A stretch of 64,000 nt of DNA from Phycisphaerae bacterium (GTDB taxonomy: Bacteria; Planctomycetota; Phycisphaerae; SM23-33), in the NCBI GenBank assembly GCA_046541875.1, contig JBKHCL010000003.1, forward strand, positions 598 to 64,597. Reading direction: 5' to 3'. Shown in pieces: positions 26,445 to 39,155 of the stretch. The notes under the pieces are model-generated. The model searched no databases, was not told the DNA's origin, and saw only the letters and a program-made list of their open reading frames with translations. The stretch's first letter is position 1, and every line of letters begins with the position of its first letter. A program made the position numbers and the translations under genes.

Positions 26445-29228
26445 CTACTTTTCGGATTCGGTGCGTTCCAGAACGACGCCGGCTGCGTACACGGTAAACC
26501 CATCCCACTGCGGTTTGTCGTCGCAGCGGAACTCGATCGCACCGGCTTCGCTCAGCGCGTCCAGCGGGATCTCCACCTCCTGCACGACGGCCTGCCCGTC
26601 GTTGGAGCTGGACCAGGGCAGGGGAATGGTCTCTTCGCCGATGACGACGACGCCTTCGCCCCGATGCACGCCGCGCGTCACCAGCCGAAGGAAGGCGGTC
26701 TCTGCCTGGTCGAGTCGGCTGCGATAGTGGATCTTGCCGGCGACGGCCTTGCCGGGCGTGACGCGACGGCAGGTGACGTCGGCGTAGTGCGTGGTCCGCG
26801 AGAGGGTGGCCGGTTTGGCGGTCTTTTTCTCGTCGTCCTTCTCGATGGGCTTGAGCGTGAAACGGAGTGTCTCCATGTGTCCCAGGCGTGGAGTGTTGTT
26901 GCTGTCCCTCGGCTCAAGCGAAGTCTTGTCGCCGTCCACGCGGAGGGCGAGCTGTTCGACGATGTCCCAGCCGGGCACGTTGAGGTTGAACGCCTGCTCC
27001 CGCCCGCTCTCGTTGTGGACCACCAGCACGATGTGCCCATCCTCGGTGCGGACGGCGACGGCCGACATGCCCACCGGCTGCGTGCAGGGCAGCATCCGTC
27101 CGCGCAGCGTGGAGAGCAGCCGATACGCGTGCTCCTCGCCGGTGTTCCGCAGGTAGCCTCCCCACAGGGCGTGGACGGCCCGGCCTTTGAGGATGTCCGG
27201 GCAGCGGCGGATCTCGTGGAGAATCTCGGAGACGTTGTAGAACGCCCGGCGGATATCGCTGTCGGAGAGGTCGTTGCATTCGGTGTTGTAAATCGGAAGT
27301 CGCCGCCCCAAGGCGGTGTCCATGTATGCGGTGGCGACGATGTAGCTGGCGGCGTAAGCGGCCGGGTTGCCGAAGTAGTGGTGTTCGGTGAGGAAGTCGG
27401 CCTTGTGGCCACAGCGATCCAGGAACGGGCGAACGTGCTTGGTGAACACCGAGTAGTCGTCCCCGTTCATCGACGGTGAGCAGGGCCCGCCCAGCAGGAC
27501 GTGCTTGTTGGCCCGCTTCGCACCACGGTGGGCCGCCTCGAAGAGCGTGGCGTATTGGTCGGTGATGAGCTTGGCCGGCAGGTAGCCGTGCTGGGTGGGG
27601 TCGGTCCACGCCTTCTTCCCGGGCGGGTTTCGGAAGCCCATGTTCACGTGGCGGGCCCACATGAACGGTTCGTTCCACACTTCCAGCCGACGGAGCAGGT
27701 TGTTGCGGTCGCCCGGGCGCCAGGCGATTTTGCCCAACCCGTTGTAGAACTGTTCGACGTCGCGTGCGATCGCGTCGATGGGCGTGTCCATCCACACCGG
27801 GCGGGCCCAGAGATCCATGGTGTGGCAGTAGACGATGTTGTCGGTAGCGTTGGCGGCGACGGCCCGGCGGTAGAACGGCGTGCCGTCGGCGATGCTGCGG
27901 GCGGTCTTCTTCACCGCGCCGGATTGACTGGCTTCGGCGCCGCGCGCTCGACCCGAGAACCCCACGTGATCCAACGGCCGAAGGTATCCCGGATTGATCC
28001 GCCGCATGTATTCCGGCGGGGTGAGCTCCTGCCCCTTGGTTCGCGGCTGGGCGTGCCAGACATCGTGGAACCCGAACAACCCCTTGGGAACGTCGCGGGT
28101 TCCGTCGATGTTCAACTCGACGGCCGGGCTGACCGTGAGCGTCGGGGTCTGGGGATGCGTCACGCCTTGAGCGTTGCCGTGAAGCTCCACGCGTCTGACG
28201 GAGAACTCCACCGTACCGACGCCGTGGGGATTGTCCACGCCGATGAAGATGGCGGCGATTTTCTCTCGGTCGAAGTGGTAGTTGTCGCTGCCCCCGCGGA
28301 AGTCTTTCAGGGGGATCCGGAAGGTTCGCTCCCCGCCCGTCAGCCGAGCCGCCGAGGTGACCGAGTAGAATCCGCCGCCTTGTTCGGTGAACCCGACGGC
28401 GACAGCGGCGTCGCTGCGGGCCTTCCGGGAGGAAACGGTCAGCAGGATCGCGCTGTGGTCGCTGAGGTCGAGGGGTTCGGCGAATCGTTTCACCGCCCAG
28501 CCGCTGGAGGGCGGGGCGACGCGCGTGGGGCTGAGCTTGACGGCCAGGCGCATTCCGCCCCCGTCGGCCGGCGCGATCACCACGTTGCCGCGCGGGGCGA
28601 ATTGCCCGACCGCCCTGGCTGGGCTGACGCCTCCCAGCAGATCGCCCCGGGTCTTGACCTTGCCCCGGACGGCGGTGTAGCTGCCCGTGACCAGCGTCCC
28701 GCCGTAGCGGGGGGTGTCCTTGCGGTAGGAGGGCAGGAAGGCTTCGACGTCGCGACGGAAGGGCACGGTCTGACCGTGCTGGATGGTCGCCGCGAACTCG
28801 ATAAGGTACTCATCCGGCGGGTTGGGAAAGCCCTTCTCGCGGCGGGATCGCGGGTGGTCCCAGCCGATGGTGACCGCCAGACTGCCGGTGATGCGGTTGC
28901 CCTCCCAGGTGACATCCTTGAGGGTCACCTCGTTCTTGCCGGCCTGGTTGTAGTTGGCTGAGGCGGTGTGCCCGTCGCCGGCCCATCGGCCTTGCGTGCG
29001 CCGGAGCTGGACGGTCACGTTGCCGTCGCCGCCGCCGGGCATCGGGCGGATGTCCTCGAAGGTCAGGGCGACGATGGTATTCGCGTCGCCCGAGGGCAGG
29101 TCGGTCGAGAAATCGGTCAGCAGCACGCGGGGCCCTTCGATGCGGGGGTCGGTCGTCCGTTGACAGCCGACGGCCAGGGACAGGGCAGCGAGGGTTACGG
29201 TCAGCAGCGGCAGGTTGCGTCGGATCAT
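26445..29228 (-). CDS. Lipoprotein glycoside hydrolase, clan GH-A; paralog of the 18348-20243 protein, with large N-terminal beta-rich extension domains
   Basis: Start MIRRNLPLLTVTLAALSLAVGCQ (lipobox AVGC) with a GGAGA RBS; the track ORF runs on to 29309. Motifs LEVWNEPFMWARH, TEHHYFG and IYNTECN are present. Confidence 0.8.
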   Translation of the reverse strand: MIRRNLPLLTVTLAALSLAVGCQRTTDPRIEGPRVLLTDFSTDLPSGDANTIVALTFEDIRPMPGGGDGNVTVQLRRTQGRWAGDGHTASANYNQAGKNEVTLKDVTWEGNRITGSLAVTIGWDHPRSRREKGFPNPPDEYLIEFAATIQHGQTVPFRRDVEAFLPSYRKDTPRYGGTLVTGSYTAVRGKVKTRGDLLGGVSPARAVGQFAPRGNVVIAPADGGGMRLAVKLSPTRVAPPSSGWAVKRFAEPLDLSDHSAILLTVSSRKARSDAAVAVGFTEQGGGFYSVTSAARLTGGERTFRIPLKDFRGGSDNYHFDREKIAAIFIGVDNPHGVGTVEFSVRRVELHGNAQGVTHPQTPTLTVSPAVELNIDGTRDVPKGLFGFHDVWHAQPRTKGQELTPPEYMRRINPGYLRPLDHVGFSGRARGAEASQSGAVKKTARSIADGTPFYRRAVAANATDNIVYCHTMDLWARPVWMDTPIDAIARDVEQFYNGLGKIAWRPGDRNNLLRRLEVWNEPFMWARHVNMGFRNPPGKKAWTDPTQHGYLPAKLITDQYATLFEAAHRGAKRANKHVLLGGPCSPSMNGDDYSVFTKHVRPFLDRCGHKADFLTEHHYFGNPAAYAASYIVATAYMDTALGRRLPIYNTECNDLSDSDIRRAFYNVSEILHEIRRCPDILKGRAVHALWGGYLRNTGEEHAYRLLSTLRGRMLPCTQPVGMSAVAVRTEDGHIVLVVHNESGREQAFNLNVPGWDIVEQLALRVDGDKTSLEPRDSNNTPRLGHMETLRFTLKPIEKDDEKKTAKPATLSRTTHYADVTCRRVTPGKAVAGKIHYRSRLDQAETAFLRLVTRGVHRGEGVVVIGEETIPLPWSSSNDGQAVVQEVEIPLDALSEAGAIEFRCDDKPQWDGFTVYAAGVVLERTESEK

Positions 29229-29385
29229 GGGTGTCTCCAGATGGATGTGGGTGGCGCCAACACTATAGCCGCCCCGGCTGGGTTGCCACAAGAGCGGCGC
29301 ATCGGCCACTGGCTGGACGGGGGGCGACCTGTTATGGTGTCAGGCGGGTTTCACTGGTGAACCCTCCCTCGTGAAAGGACACATC

Positions 29386-30447
29386 ATGAGACGTTCCCTT
29401 CTCGTTACTGCCGGTGTAGCAGCATTCATCTCCGGCGTGGTTGTTATCGCGTGGGCGTCGAGCCCGGGCGAGAAGCTCCCGGCCCCGCCGTTCGAACGCT
29501 CGCCTGCGGGTGGCAGCAACTCGCCCGAGCCGTCCGATCCGCTGCCGTTCGTGCTGAAGCTCGCGGAGATCGGCGGGGAAGGTTTCCGCATCCGCGTTCC
29601 GACCGGCACGTACACCGCCCCCGAGGGCGGCGCGCCGGCGTATCGTGTGCCCGGACCCATCGCGTCCTTCAAAGGTCCGGACGGCCAATGGCGCGGCAGG
29701 GGATACCTCGAAACGTACCCGAGGCTGATGAAGTTCTCCGGCAAGAAGGTGGACGTTGCCGACGCTGCCGACGGAACCCGCAGCAGTGCGACGCTGAAGT
29801 ACACCTTCGAGGGCGGGAAGACTTACGAGGTGAAGCTCGCCGTCAAGGCCGACCACGTGCTGCTGGAAGAGACCAGCGACCTGGGTCCGCGGAACATGTA
29901 CGTGTTCGACGCTTTCCCGAACTGGCAGCCGACCAGCGGCTTTGCCGTCGGGCTGGCCGGTCAGACGCACGCGTTTCGCTATCTCCCATGCTTCTACGAC
30001 AAGCCCGAGGCGACGGTCAATCCCACGGCTGAGCAGGCCCGGCGGGTTGGCACCGACGCCAAAGAGACCGACCCTGTCCCCGGCGGGGTGGCCGTCGTGT
30101 CGGCCGACGCGGAGAGCAAAGACGTCGCCGGTTTCTGGTGTCGAGACGTGGGCTCCTGGAGACAGGGCGAGGCGATGGGCTTCCAGCTCTGGCAGCGCCG
30201 CCAGCTGCCGGGCGAGCCGGCGAGCCGACACTTCCTCGGACCCGAGACCAAGAGCGACTCGACACCCAACCCCCGGACGGCCGGCATGCTCGGGAAAAGC
30301 CTCTACGAAGGACACGTGACCATCGAACTCAACCTCGGTGTCGGCAGCCGAAAGCTCGGCTTCACAGCCACACGCAAGGGCGAGGGCGACAAGCTGCCCG
30401 ACCCGTTCAAGAAGCTCGTAGCCGCGACGTTGAAGGAGGGTGAATAA
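29386..30447 (+). CDS. Secreted hypothetical protein (353 aa); stand-alone paralog of an internal domain of the downstream 1345-aa protein
   Basis: AAAGGA RBS and signal peptide MRRSLLVTAGVAAFISGVVVIAWA. The segment FRIRVPTGTYTAPEGG..VPGPIASFKGPDGQWRGRGYLE...TYEVKLAVKADHVLLEE..RNMYVFDAFPNW aligns with FRCRVVDRSMTFKTP..VPGPVVSVSRDGKQWIGDGYLD...SYKVRVRVYPGKPYAQLVED..SKYVFNYGDW in the next gene. Confidence 0.7.
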   Translation: MRRSLLVTAGVAAFISGVVVIAWASSPGEKLPAPPFERSPAGGSNSPEPSDPLPFVLKLAEIGGEGFRIRVPTGTYTAPEGGAPAYRVPGPIASFKGPDGQWRGRGYLETYPRLMKFSGKKVDVADAADGTRSSATLKYTFEGGKTYEVKLAVKADHVLLEETSDLGPRNMYVFDAFPNWQPTSGFAVGLAGQTHAFRYLPCFYDKPEATVNPTAEQARRVGTDAKETDPVPGGVAVVSADAESKDVAGFWCRDVGSWRQGEAMGFQLWQRRQLPGEPASRHFLGPETKSDSTPNPRTAGMLGKSLYEGHVTIELNLGVGSRKLGFTATRKGEGDKLPDPFKKLVAATLKEGE

Positions 30448-33400
30448 TGACACTCGCCAAACGGATGATCCTGCTGTCGGCTGTCGTGATGCTGTCGGCT
30501 GTTCCGGCGGTGGCGAAGAACGTCAAGACGTTCGTGGTCAACGAGTATTTCGGCGTGCGATACCAGAACGAACCGGTCTCGTGCGACGTGACATTCGAGA
30601 AGCCCGTTCCGCTTTCGAGCATCGCCCTGTCTGAAGGCGAACAGCTCGACGACCGGCCCTTCCAGGTGGAGGTGCTCGAAGGCACGACGCAGGCCGTCAG
30701 AAAGGCCCGGGTCTGGACGCTGGTGAGCTTCCGCCCCAACAGTTGGTACCTGCAGGCCAAGGAGATTACGGACGTCGCCGCCTTGGTGAAGTCCATCAAC
30801 GCCGACCTCGCTGCCGAAGGTCCGAGCCTCGGCAAGGAGGCGTGGGACACGATCCGCAAGGAGATGGATTGGCCTCGCGATCACAAGAAGCAGTTGCCCG
30901 CGAAGCTCACATCCGATCAGACCGACGCGCTGCGGCGCGGGATCAACCATTTCATCGGGCGGAACAAGCGATACGACAAGACGCTGGTCGAGAAGCTGGA
31001 CTTGGCGAAGCGAGCGCCCGAGGCGCTCAAGGCACTGGGCGATAAGCGCCCCTCCAGTGCCGCGCTGCAGGAGGTCAACCGGGCCGCGGTCGATGCGGCG
31101 TGGAAGGGCATCGCCAAGCACAAGATCTATCCGCGGCAGAGGGTTTTCCACATCCACACCGGGGTTGAAACCCAACAGGGCCCAGCCGCGATCGAGACGC
31201 GAGACGGGGGGACCTCGGGCGGAGTGAAGCTCGTCGAGTTGGATTCAGGCGTCTTCCGTTGCCGAGTGGTGGACCGGAGCATGACGTTCAAGACGCCGGT
31301 TTCGGCGCTGAAGGTTCCCGGGCCGGTGGTAAGCGTCTCGCGCGACGGAAAACAGTGGATCGGCGACGGCTATCTCGACAGCATGCGGCGGGTGGAGAAG
31401 ATCGAGGTCACTCGCGACGACGGGCCCGTCTACTCGCAGCGGCGGATCGTGTACCACTTCGAGGACGACCGATCGTACAAGGTGCGGGTGCGCGTCTACC
31501 CGGGCAAGCCGTACGCGCAGCTGGTGGAGGACTTCGACGTCGGCGGCGCCTCGAAGTACGTGTTCAATTATGGCGACTGGACCGTCGACGGGTTCTACGA
31601 CATGGGCGACAGTCGACTGTATGGCTGGTCGCACGTGAAGGCGAGCAATCCCTGCGGCGACTTCGTGACCATCGAAGGCCAGAAGGCGCTGGCCCGGCTG
31701 GTGATCTGGACGCAGCACAACTACTTCGCCGGCAAGCAGGAAATCATCGGCCTCAAGCAGCCTGCCCCCGACGCCCTGAGATCGCACTACGCCGAACAGC
31801 GTGAGAAGTACGCCGCCGACCTCGCGAAGTACAAGCGGCGCGTTGCGGAGGGCTGGACCGACCGTCGCGGCCGGGGGCCCCGCAAGCCGGACAAGCCCGA
31901 TCAACCCGCCTGGAGCGAGGATGTCTACACCCACGGCGGGGCGAGCATGGAAACGGGCAACGTGCTCACGCCGGCAGGCGACTCGCTCTGCGTGGGCGGG
32001 TTTTACATTCGCCCGGATCGCTGGACGCGGGCGAAGGTCAATCACGTGGACCTCTACCTCCGCCCCGAGGTCCCCGGCGATCGCATGACGCGCGGTGTGG
32101 TCGGCCTGAAGGGCGCCAAACTGCGCCCGGCGATGGAAGCGTGGCTGGTGGACGGACATCGCGAATGGGCCATCTTCGCCGTGCCGGCGGCCGACCGCGA
32201 CTGGATGGCGAAGTCCCACGTGCGTGACGGCGTTTGGCCGTTGGATCGGTTGAACCGGCTGACGCTGGTGTGGAATTCGGACGGTTCGCCGGTGTCTCCC
32301 GCCAGCGCCAAACCGACGCTCGTCGACGCCGGCGGGGCCGCCTCTGCTGTGCTGAAGGGAACGCGCGGGCGGAGCGGGATGCAGTACTTCAACGGATCGA
32401 ACGGCCACATTCGCGGCGGCTATCCACCCCGGGAGGGTTGGGACGGCAGCGTGACACCCACCCGCGCGAAGGACGCGGACATCAATCGGATGATCTCCCT
32501 GGCGATCACGGCCTACATGGCCGGCGACGACTCGGCCTATCCCAGCTTCCGGGCGATGCTTCCCTGGACGCATCCCGAGGCGATCAACCCGTTCTACCAG
32601 GGCATGGAGAACATGAACTTCAACGCCGACCTCTACCGGTACGTCTCGTCGCGGGCCTACCCGCTGGCGAAGATGGGTCACCCCGAGGCCGACCGCTTCC
32701 TGACGCATGCCGAGAAGAGTCTCGATATGGCGTTGAACCGTTACGTGTATCCCCAGAGTGGCTGCTGGGAGGAATCTCACGGCTACGCGGGGCACACGTT
32801 GAAGGTGGTCGGTCCGCTGGCGCAGGCGATGAAGAACACCAAAGGTCGACATGATTTCCTGAACGATCCGAGGCTGGCGCGGATGATGGAGTTTTTCCTG
32901 TACGTTCACACCCCGATCGACAGGGACTTCGGCAATCGCGTGGTGCCGGCCGTCGGCGACCACGGCCAGAGCAAGAAAGGTCCGGCCGACCGACTGGGAC
33001 CGATGCTGGGACTCTTCGCGAATTCGACAGACCCCGAGGTCAAGCGGATCGCGGCGCAGGCGGCCTGGCTGATCCGCGAGGACAACGGCAACGTGCCCGA
33101 CGGGATCACCCCCAGCAAGCCCGATATGCGAAGCCGCTGGCTGCAGGGCTACGGCAGCGTGCTGCGAGGCTTGGGCGAGAGCACGTCGGTCCTGGAGATC
33201 ACGCTGGATCGTGGCGCGGTGCGGGCGGGCAAGAAACGCAAGAACAAGCCCCGCGAGATGACCCGCACGCCGATGATGCTGACGGTCCCGCTGGAGACGT
33301 CCGGCAAGCCGGTGACAATCCTTGGGGGCGGGGCGCCGCGACACAACCGAGGAACCATCTCGGGCACCGCGAAGCTCGCTCGGGAGGGTAAGGATCTCGT

Positions 33401-34484
33401 CATCGAGTTGGACCTGGAGCTCGGCTCGGACAAGTGGGTCAAGGGCGGGCAGGGCAAGTACACCGTCAGGCTGGCCGGCTCGGACAAGAAGGGGTACACA
33501 GGTTCGGCGGCAGGGACGTTCGGAGGCCATGCGACCACCGGCGACGCCTCGGCCCGGGTGACCGACCGCAGCGAGGAGAGCTTCCTCGTGCTGCGGGCCG
33601 GCCAGAGCTGGGGCCATCACCACATGGACAAGGGCTCGATGTGGTTCTGGGGGCGCGGGGTGCATTTCTTCGGCGATTGTTCGTGGGGCGCCCCGCCCGG
33701 TGGCACGTACGGCAACCCGTTCAAGCAGGGCCCGGCCAGTGGCACGCAGATCGAGATGAAGGGTATTACCAACTGGACGCTGCCGTGCAAGTACGCCGCG
33801 CCGTACATTGCCGATGAGACGTACGCCGACGGGTACGATTACGCTCTGGCCCGCTGCCAGTTCCCGTTCAACCCGAAGCTGGAACTCGCGAAGGACGCGC
33901 CCTCGGCGCTGTGGAACGGCTACGACCGGCAGGTGCTGTTCGTGCATCCGGACGTGCTGATCGTGCGCGACAACGTCCAGGCGGTCTGTGAGACGGTGTG
34001 GCGGCTGCACAGCTTCCAGAAGGACAGCACGCGAGTGAAGGGCAACACCGCCACGCTGAAGAGTTCTCACGGTGTGACCGGCGAGTTGGCGATTGTTTAC
34101 CCCCGGGGCGTGAAGCTCGATACGCTGGGCGAGTTCCCCAAGGTGAGCCCGTGGGGCGGTCAGCCTCACAAGGACAGCGGCAAACCGTTCTCCACGCTGA
34201 TGCTCGAGTGGGAGATGCCCACGAATACCTCGGCGACCTGGGCGTTCGCGGTGCATGGCAAGGGGGAGAAGGCCCCGAAGACCGAGAAGCTCGACGAGAA
34301 CGGCTACGTCACGAAGGTCACGCTGCATGACGGTTCGAGCATCGTGGCGCTGTTGAACATCGACCCGTTCGAGTACACCGTCGCCGGGCGGACGTTCAAA
34401 GGCACAGCCGGCCTGGTGCGGACCGACGCAAAGGGCCGGACGACGTTTACCGCGATTCGCGGGACGTTCACCAAGGGCGATTGA
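30447..34484 (+). CDS. Large secreted protein (1345 aa), heparinase II/III-like or polysaccharide-lyase-like multidomain protein (family call tentative)
   Basis: Start overlaps the upstream stop (TAATGA) with AAGGAGGG upstream; signal peptide MTLAKRMILLSAVVMLSAVPAVA. Shares the motif DKWVKGGQGKYTVRL with the 1011-aa protein at 60161-63196 (DKWIKGGQGSYTIEL) and a domain with 29386-30447. The heparinase-like assignment is from motif recollection only. Confidence 0.8.
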   Translation: MTLAKRMILLSAVVMLSAVPAVAKNVKTFVVNEYFGVRYQNEPVSCDVTFEKPVPLSSIALSEGEQLDDRPFQVEVLEGTTQAVRKARVWTLVSFRPNSWYLQAKEITDVAALVKSINADLAAEGPSLGKEAWDTIRKEMDWPRDHKKQLPAKLTSDQTDALRRGINHFIGRNKRYDKTLVEKLDLAKRAPEALKALGDKRPSSAALQEVNRAAVDAAWKGIAKHKIYPRQRVFHIHTGVETQQGPAAIETRDGGTSGGVKLVELDSGVFRCRVVDRSMTFKTPVSALKVPGPVVSVSRDGKQWIGDGYLDSMRRVEKIEVTRDDGPVYSQRRIVYHFEDDRSYKVRVRVYPGKPYAQLVEDFDVGGASKYVFNYGDWTVDGFYDMGDSRLYGWSHVKASNPCGDFVTIEGQKALARLVIWTQHNYFAGKQEIIGLKQPAPDALRSHYAEQREKYAADLAKYKRRVAEGWTDRRGRGPRKPDKPDQPAWSEDVYTHGGASMETGNVLTPAGDSLCVGGFYIRPDRWTRAKVNHVDLYLRPEVPGDRMTRGVVGLKGAKLRPAMEAWLVDGHREWAIFAVPAADRDWMAKSHVRDGVWPLDRLNRLTLVWNSDGSPVSPASAKPTLVDAGGAASAVLKGTRGRSGMQYFNGSNGHIRGGYPPREGWDGSVTPTRAKDADINRMISLAITAYMAGDDSAYPSFRAMLPWTHPEAINPFYQGMENMNFNADLYRYVSSRAYPLAKMGHPEADRFLTHAEKSLDMALNRYVYPQSGCWEESHGYAGHTLKVVGPLAQAMKNTKGRHDFLNDPRLARMMEFFLYVHTPIDRDFGNRVVPAVGDHGQSKKGPADRLGPMLGLFANSTDPEVKRIAAQAAWLIREDNGNVPDGITPSKPDMRSRWLQGYGSVLRGLGESTSVLEITLDRGAVRAGKKRKNKPREMTRTPMMLTVPLETSGKPVTILGGGAPRHNRGTISGTAKLAREGKDLVIELDLELGSDKWVKGGQGKYTVRLAGSDKKGYTGSAAGTFGGHATTGDASARVTDRSEESFLVLRAGQSWGHHHMDKGSMWFWGRGVHFFGDCSWGAPPGGTYGNPFKQGPASGTQIEMKGITNWTLPCKYAAPYIADETYADGYDYALARCQFPFNPKLELAKDAPSALWNGYDRQVLFVHPDVLIVRDNVQAVCETVWRLHSFQKDSTRVKGNTATLKSSHGVTGELAIVYPRGVKLDTLGEFPKVSPWGGQPHKDSGKPFSTLMLEWEMPTNTSATWAFAVHGKGEKAPKTEKLDENGYVTKVTLHDGSSIVALLNIDPFEYTVAGRTFKGTAGLVRTDAKGRTTFTAIRGTFTKGD

Positions 34485-34501
34485 CGCGGAAGGAGCAGAC
34501 G

Positions 34502-35695
34502 ATGGATCGGCGCGAGTTCATGAAGCTGGCGGGCGTCGCCGGGGCGGCCGGCGCGCTGGCGACGGCGGGTCGTACACTGGCCCAGAGTGGCCAAAAACCC
34601 GAGCCCGCCCGCGAGGGCGAGGTGCGCATCAAGGACGTGGAGTGCTTCCCTGCCGGTCGGCTGTATGTGCGGATCACCACCGACGCCGGCGTCGAGGGCT
34701 GGGGCGAGGTCAACACCTTCTCGTCGAGCATCTCCCAGGCCATCGTCAAGACCTACCGCCCATTGCTGGTGGGGGTGAACCCCACGCGGATCGAGCATAT
34801 CTGGCAGATGCTGTTCCGGGCCCATCGCAACATGCGTGGCGGGTTGGCGTTTGCGGCCGCGATCGCCGGGATCGACATCGCCCTGTGGGACCTGCTGGGT
34901 AAGCTTCTCAAGCAGCCGGTCTCCACGCTGCTGGGCGGGCCCTGTCGGCGGACGCTGCGGAGTTACCCGTCGCCCAACGCCCACAAGGTGACCTCGCACA
35001 CGCTGCACGAGATGGTCGAGACGCCCAGCGACATCGATCGCATCGCCGACGACGTGCACAAGACGCGCAGGAAGCTCGGCAAGGGCGGGCTGGTGATGGT
35101 GGACGGCCATGGGAAGTTCACCGCGCAGGTGGCGATCCAACTGGCGAAGAAAATCGAGGACGCCGGGGTGTTGTTCTTCGAGGAAGTCGTCCCGCCGGAG
35201 AACAACGACGACCTGGTCCGCGTGAAGAAGGCGACGACGGTTCCGCTGGCGGCCGGTGAGCGGATGGCGACGATCTGGCCGTTCCGCGAGATTCTCGAAG
35301 CCCGCGCCGTCGACGTGCTCAACGCGGACATCGTGGAGGTCGGCGGGATCAGCCAGATGAAGAAGCTCGCGGGAATCGCCGAGTTGTACGACGTGCCGCT
35401 GGCGCCGCACAGCACGCACTCGGCGATCGGGCTGGCGGCCAGTCTGCACGTGGCTGCTTCGGTGAACAATTTCCTCGTGCACGAGGCGTACTCGCACATC
35501 GCCAACGGCCCGTCGTTTGTCGGCGAGCTGGAATGGACGAAGAACAAGACCGCCGTCAAGCTGCCCGACGGGCCCGGACTCGGGGTGGCGGTGAACCTCG
35601 ACGGACTCAAGTCGGCCGTCGCGAAACGCGCCGAGAAACCCACCGGCCTCAAGAAGGCCTACTTCCTCAAGGACGGTTCCGTCGCCGATCGGTAG
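34502..35695 (+). CDS. Enolase-superfamily (mandelate racemase/muconate lactonizing enzyme-like) sugar-acid dehydratase/cycloisomerase with a twin-arginine (Tat) signal
   Basis: GGAAGGAG RBS. N-terminus MDRREFMKLAGVAGAAGALATAGRTLAQ is Tat-like. N-terminal capping domain plus C-terminal barrel, with likely metal ligands in the MVDGHGKF, LFFEE and AAGE segments. Confidence 0.85.
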   Translation: MDRREFMKLAGVAGAAGALATAGRTLAQSGQKPEPAREGEVRIKDVECFPAGRLYVRITTDAGVEGWGEVNTFSSSISQAIVKTYRPLLVGVNPTRIEHIWQMLFRAHRNMRGGLAFAAAIAGIDIALWDLLGKLLKQPVSTLLGGPCRRTLRSYPSPNAHKVTSHTLHEMVETPSDIDRIADDVHKTRRKLGKGGLVMVDGHGKFTAQVAIQLAKKIEDAGVLFFEEVVPPENNDDLVRVKKATTVPLAAGERMATIWPFREILEARAVDVLNADIVEVGGISQMKKLAGIAELYDVPLAPHSTHSAIGLAASLHVAASVNNFLVHEAYSHIANGPSFVGELEWTKNKTAVKLPDGPGLGVAVNLDGLKSAVAKRAEKPTGLKKAYFLKDGSVADR

Positions 35696-35715
35696 GACAT
35701 CGCACCGAGAACCTG

Positions 35716-38970
<3,255 letters not shown>

Positions 38971-39155
38971 TTAAAGGAGTAAAACCCGCTACGTACCCCG
39001 TTGCCCTTTCCGCTGCAGGTGGCGGGGACAGGTTCAAATGCAGTGTTCACTGGACATTACTCTTGGTGCATAGCCTGTCGTATTCCGAGCAAAACACGGA
39101 CCTGTCGGGCAACAGGATGTTTTCGTCCCATCTCTGTCCGCCTCCTCAGAAATGT

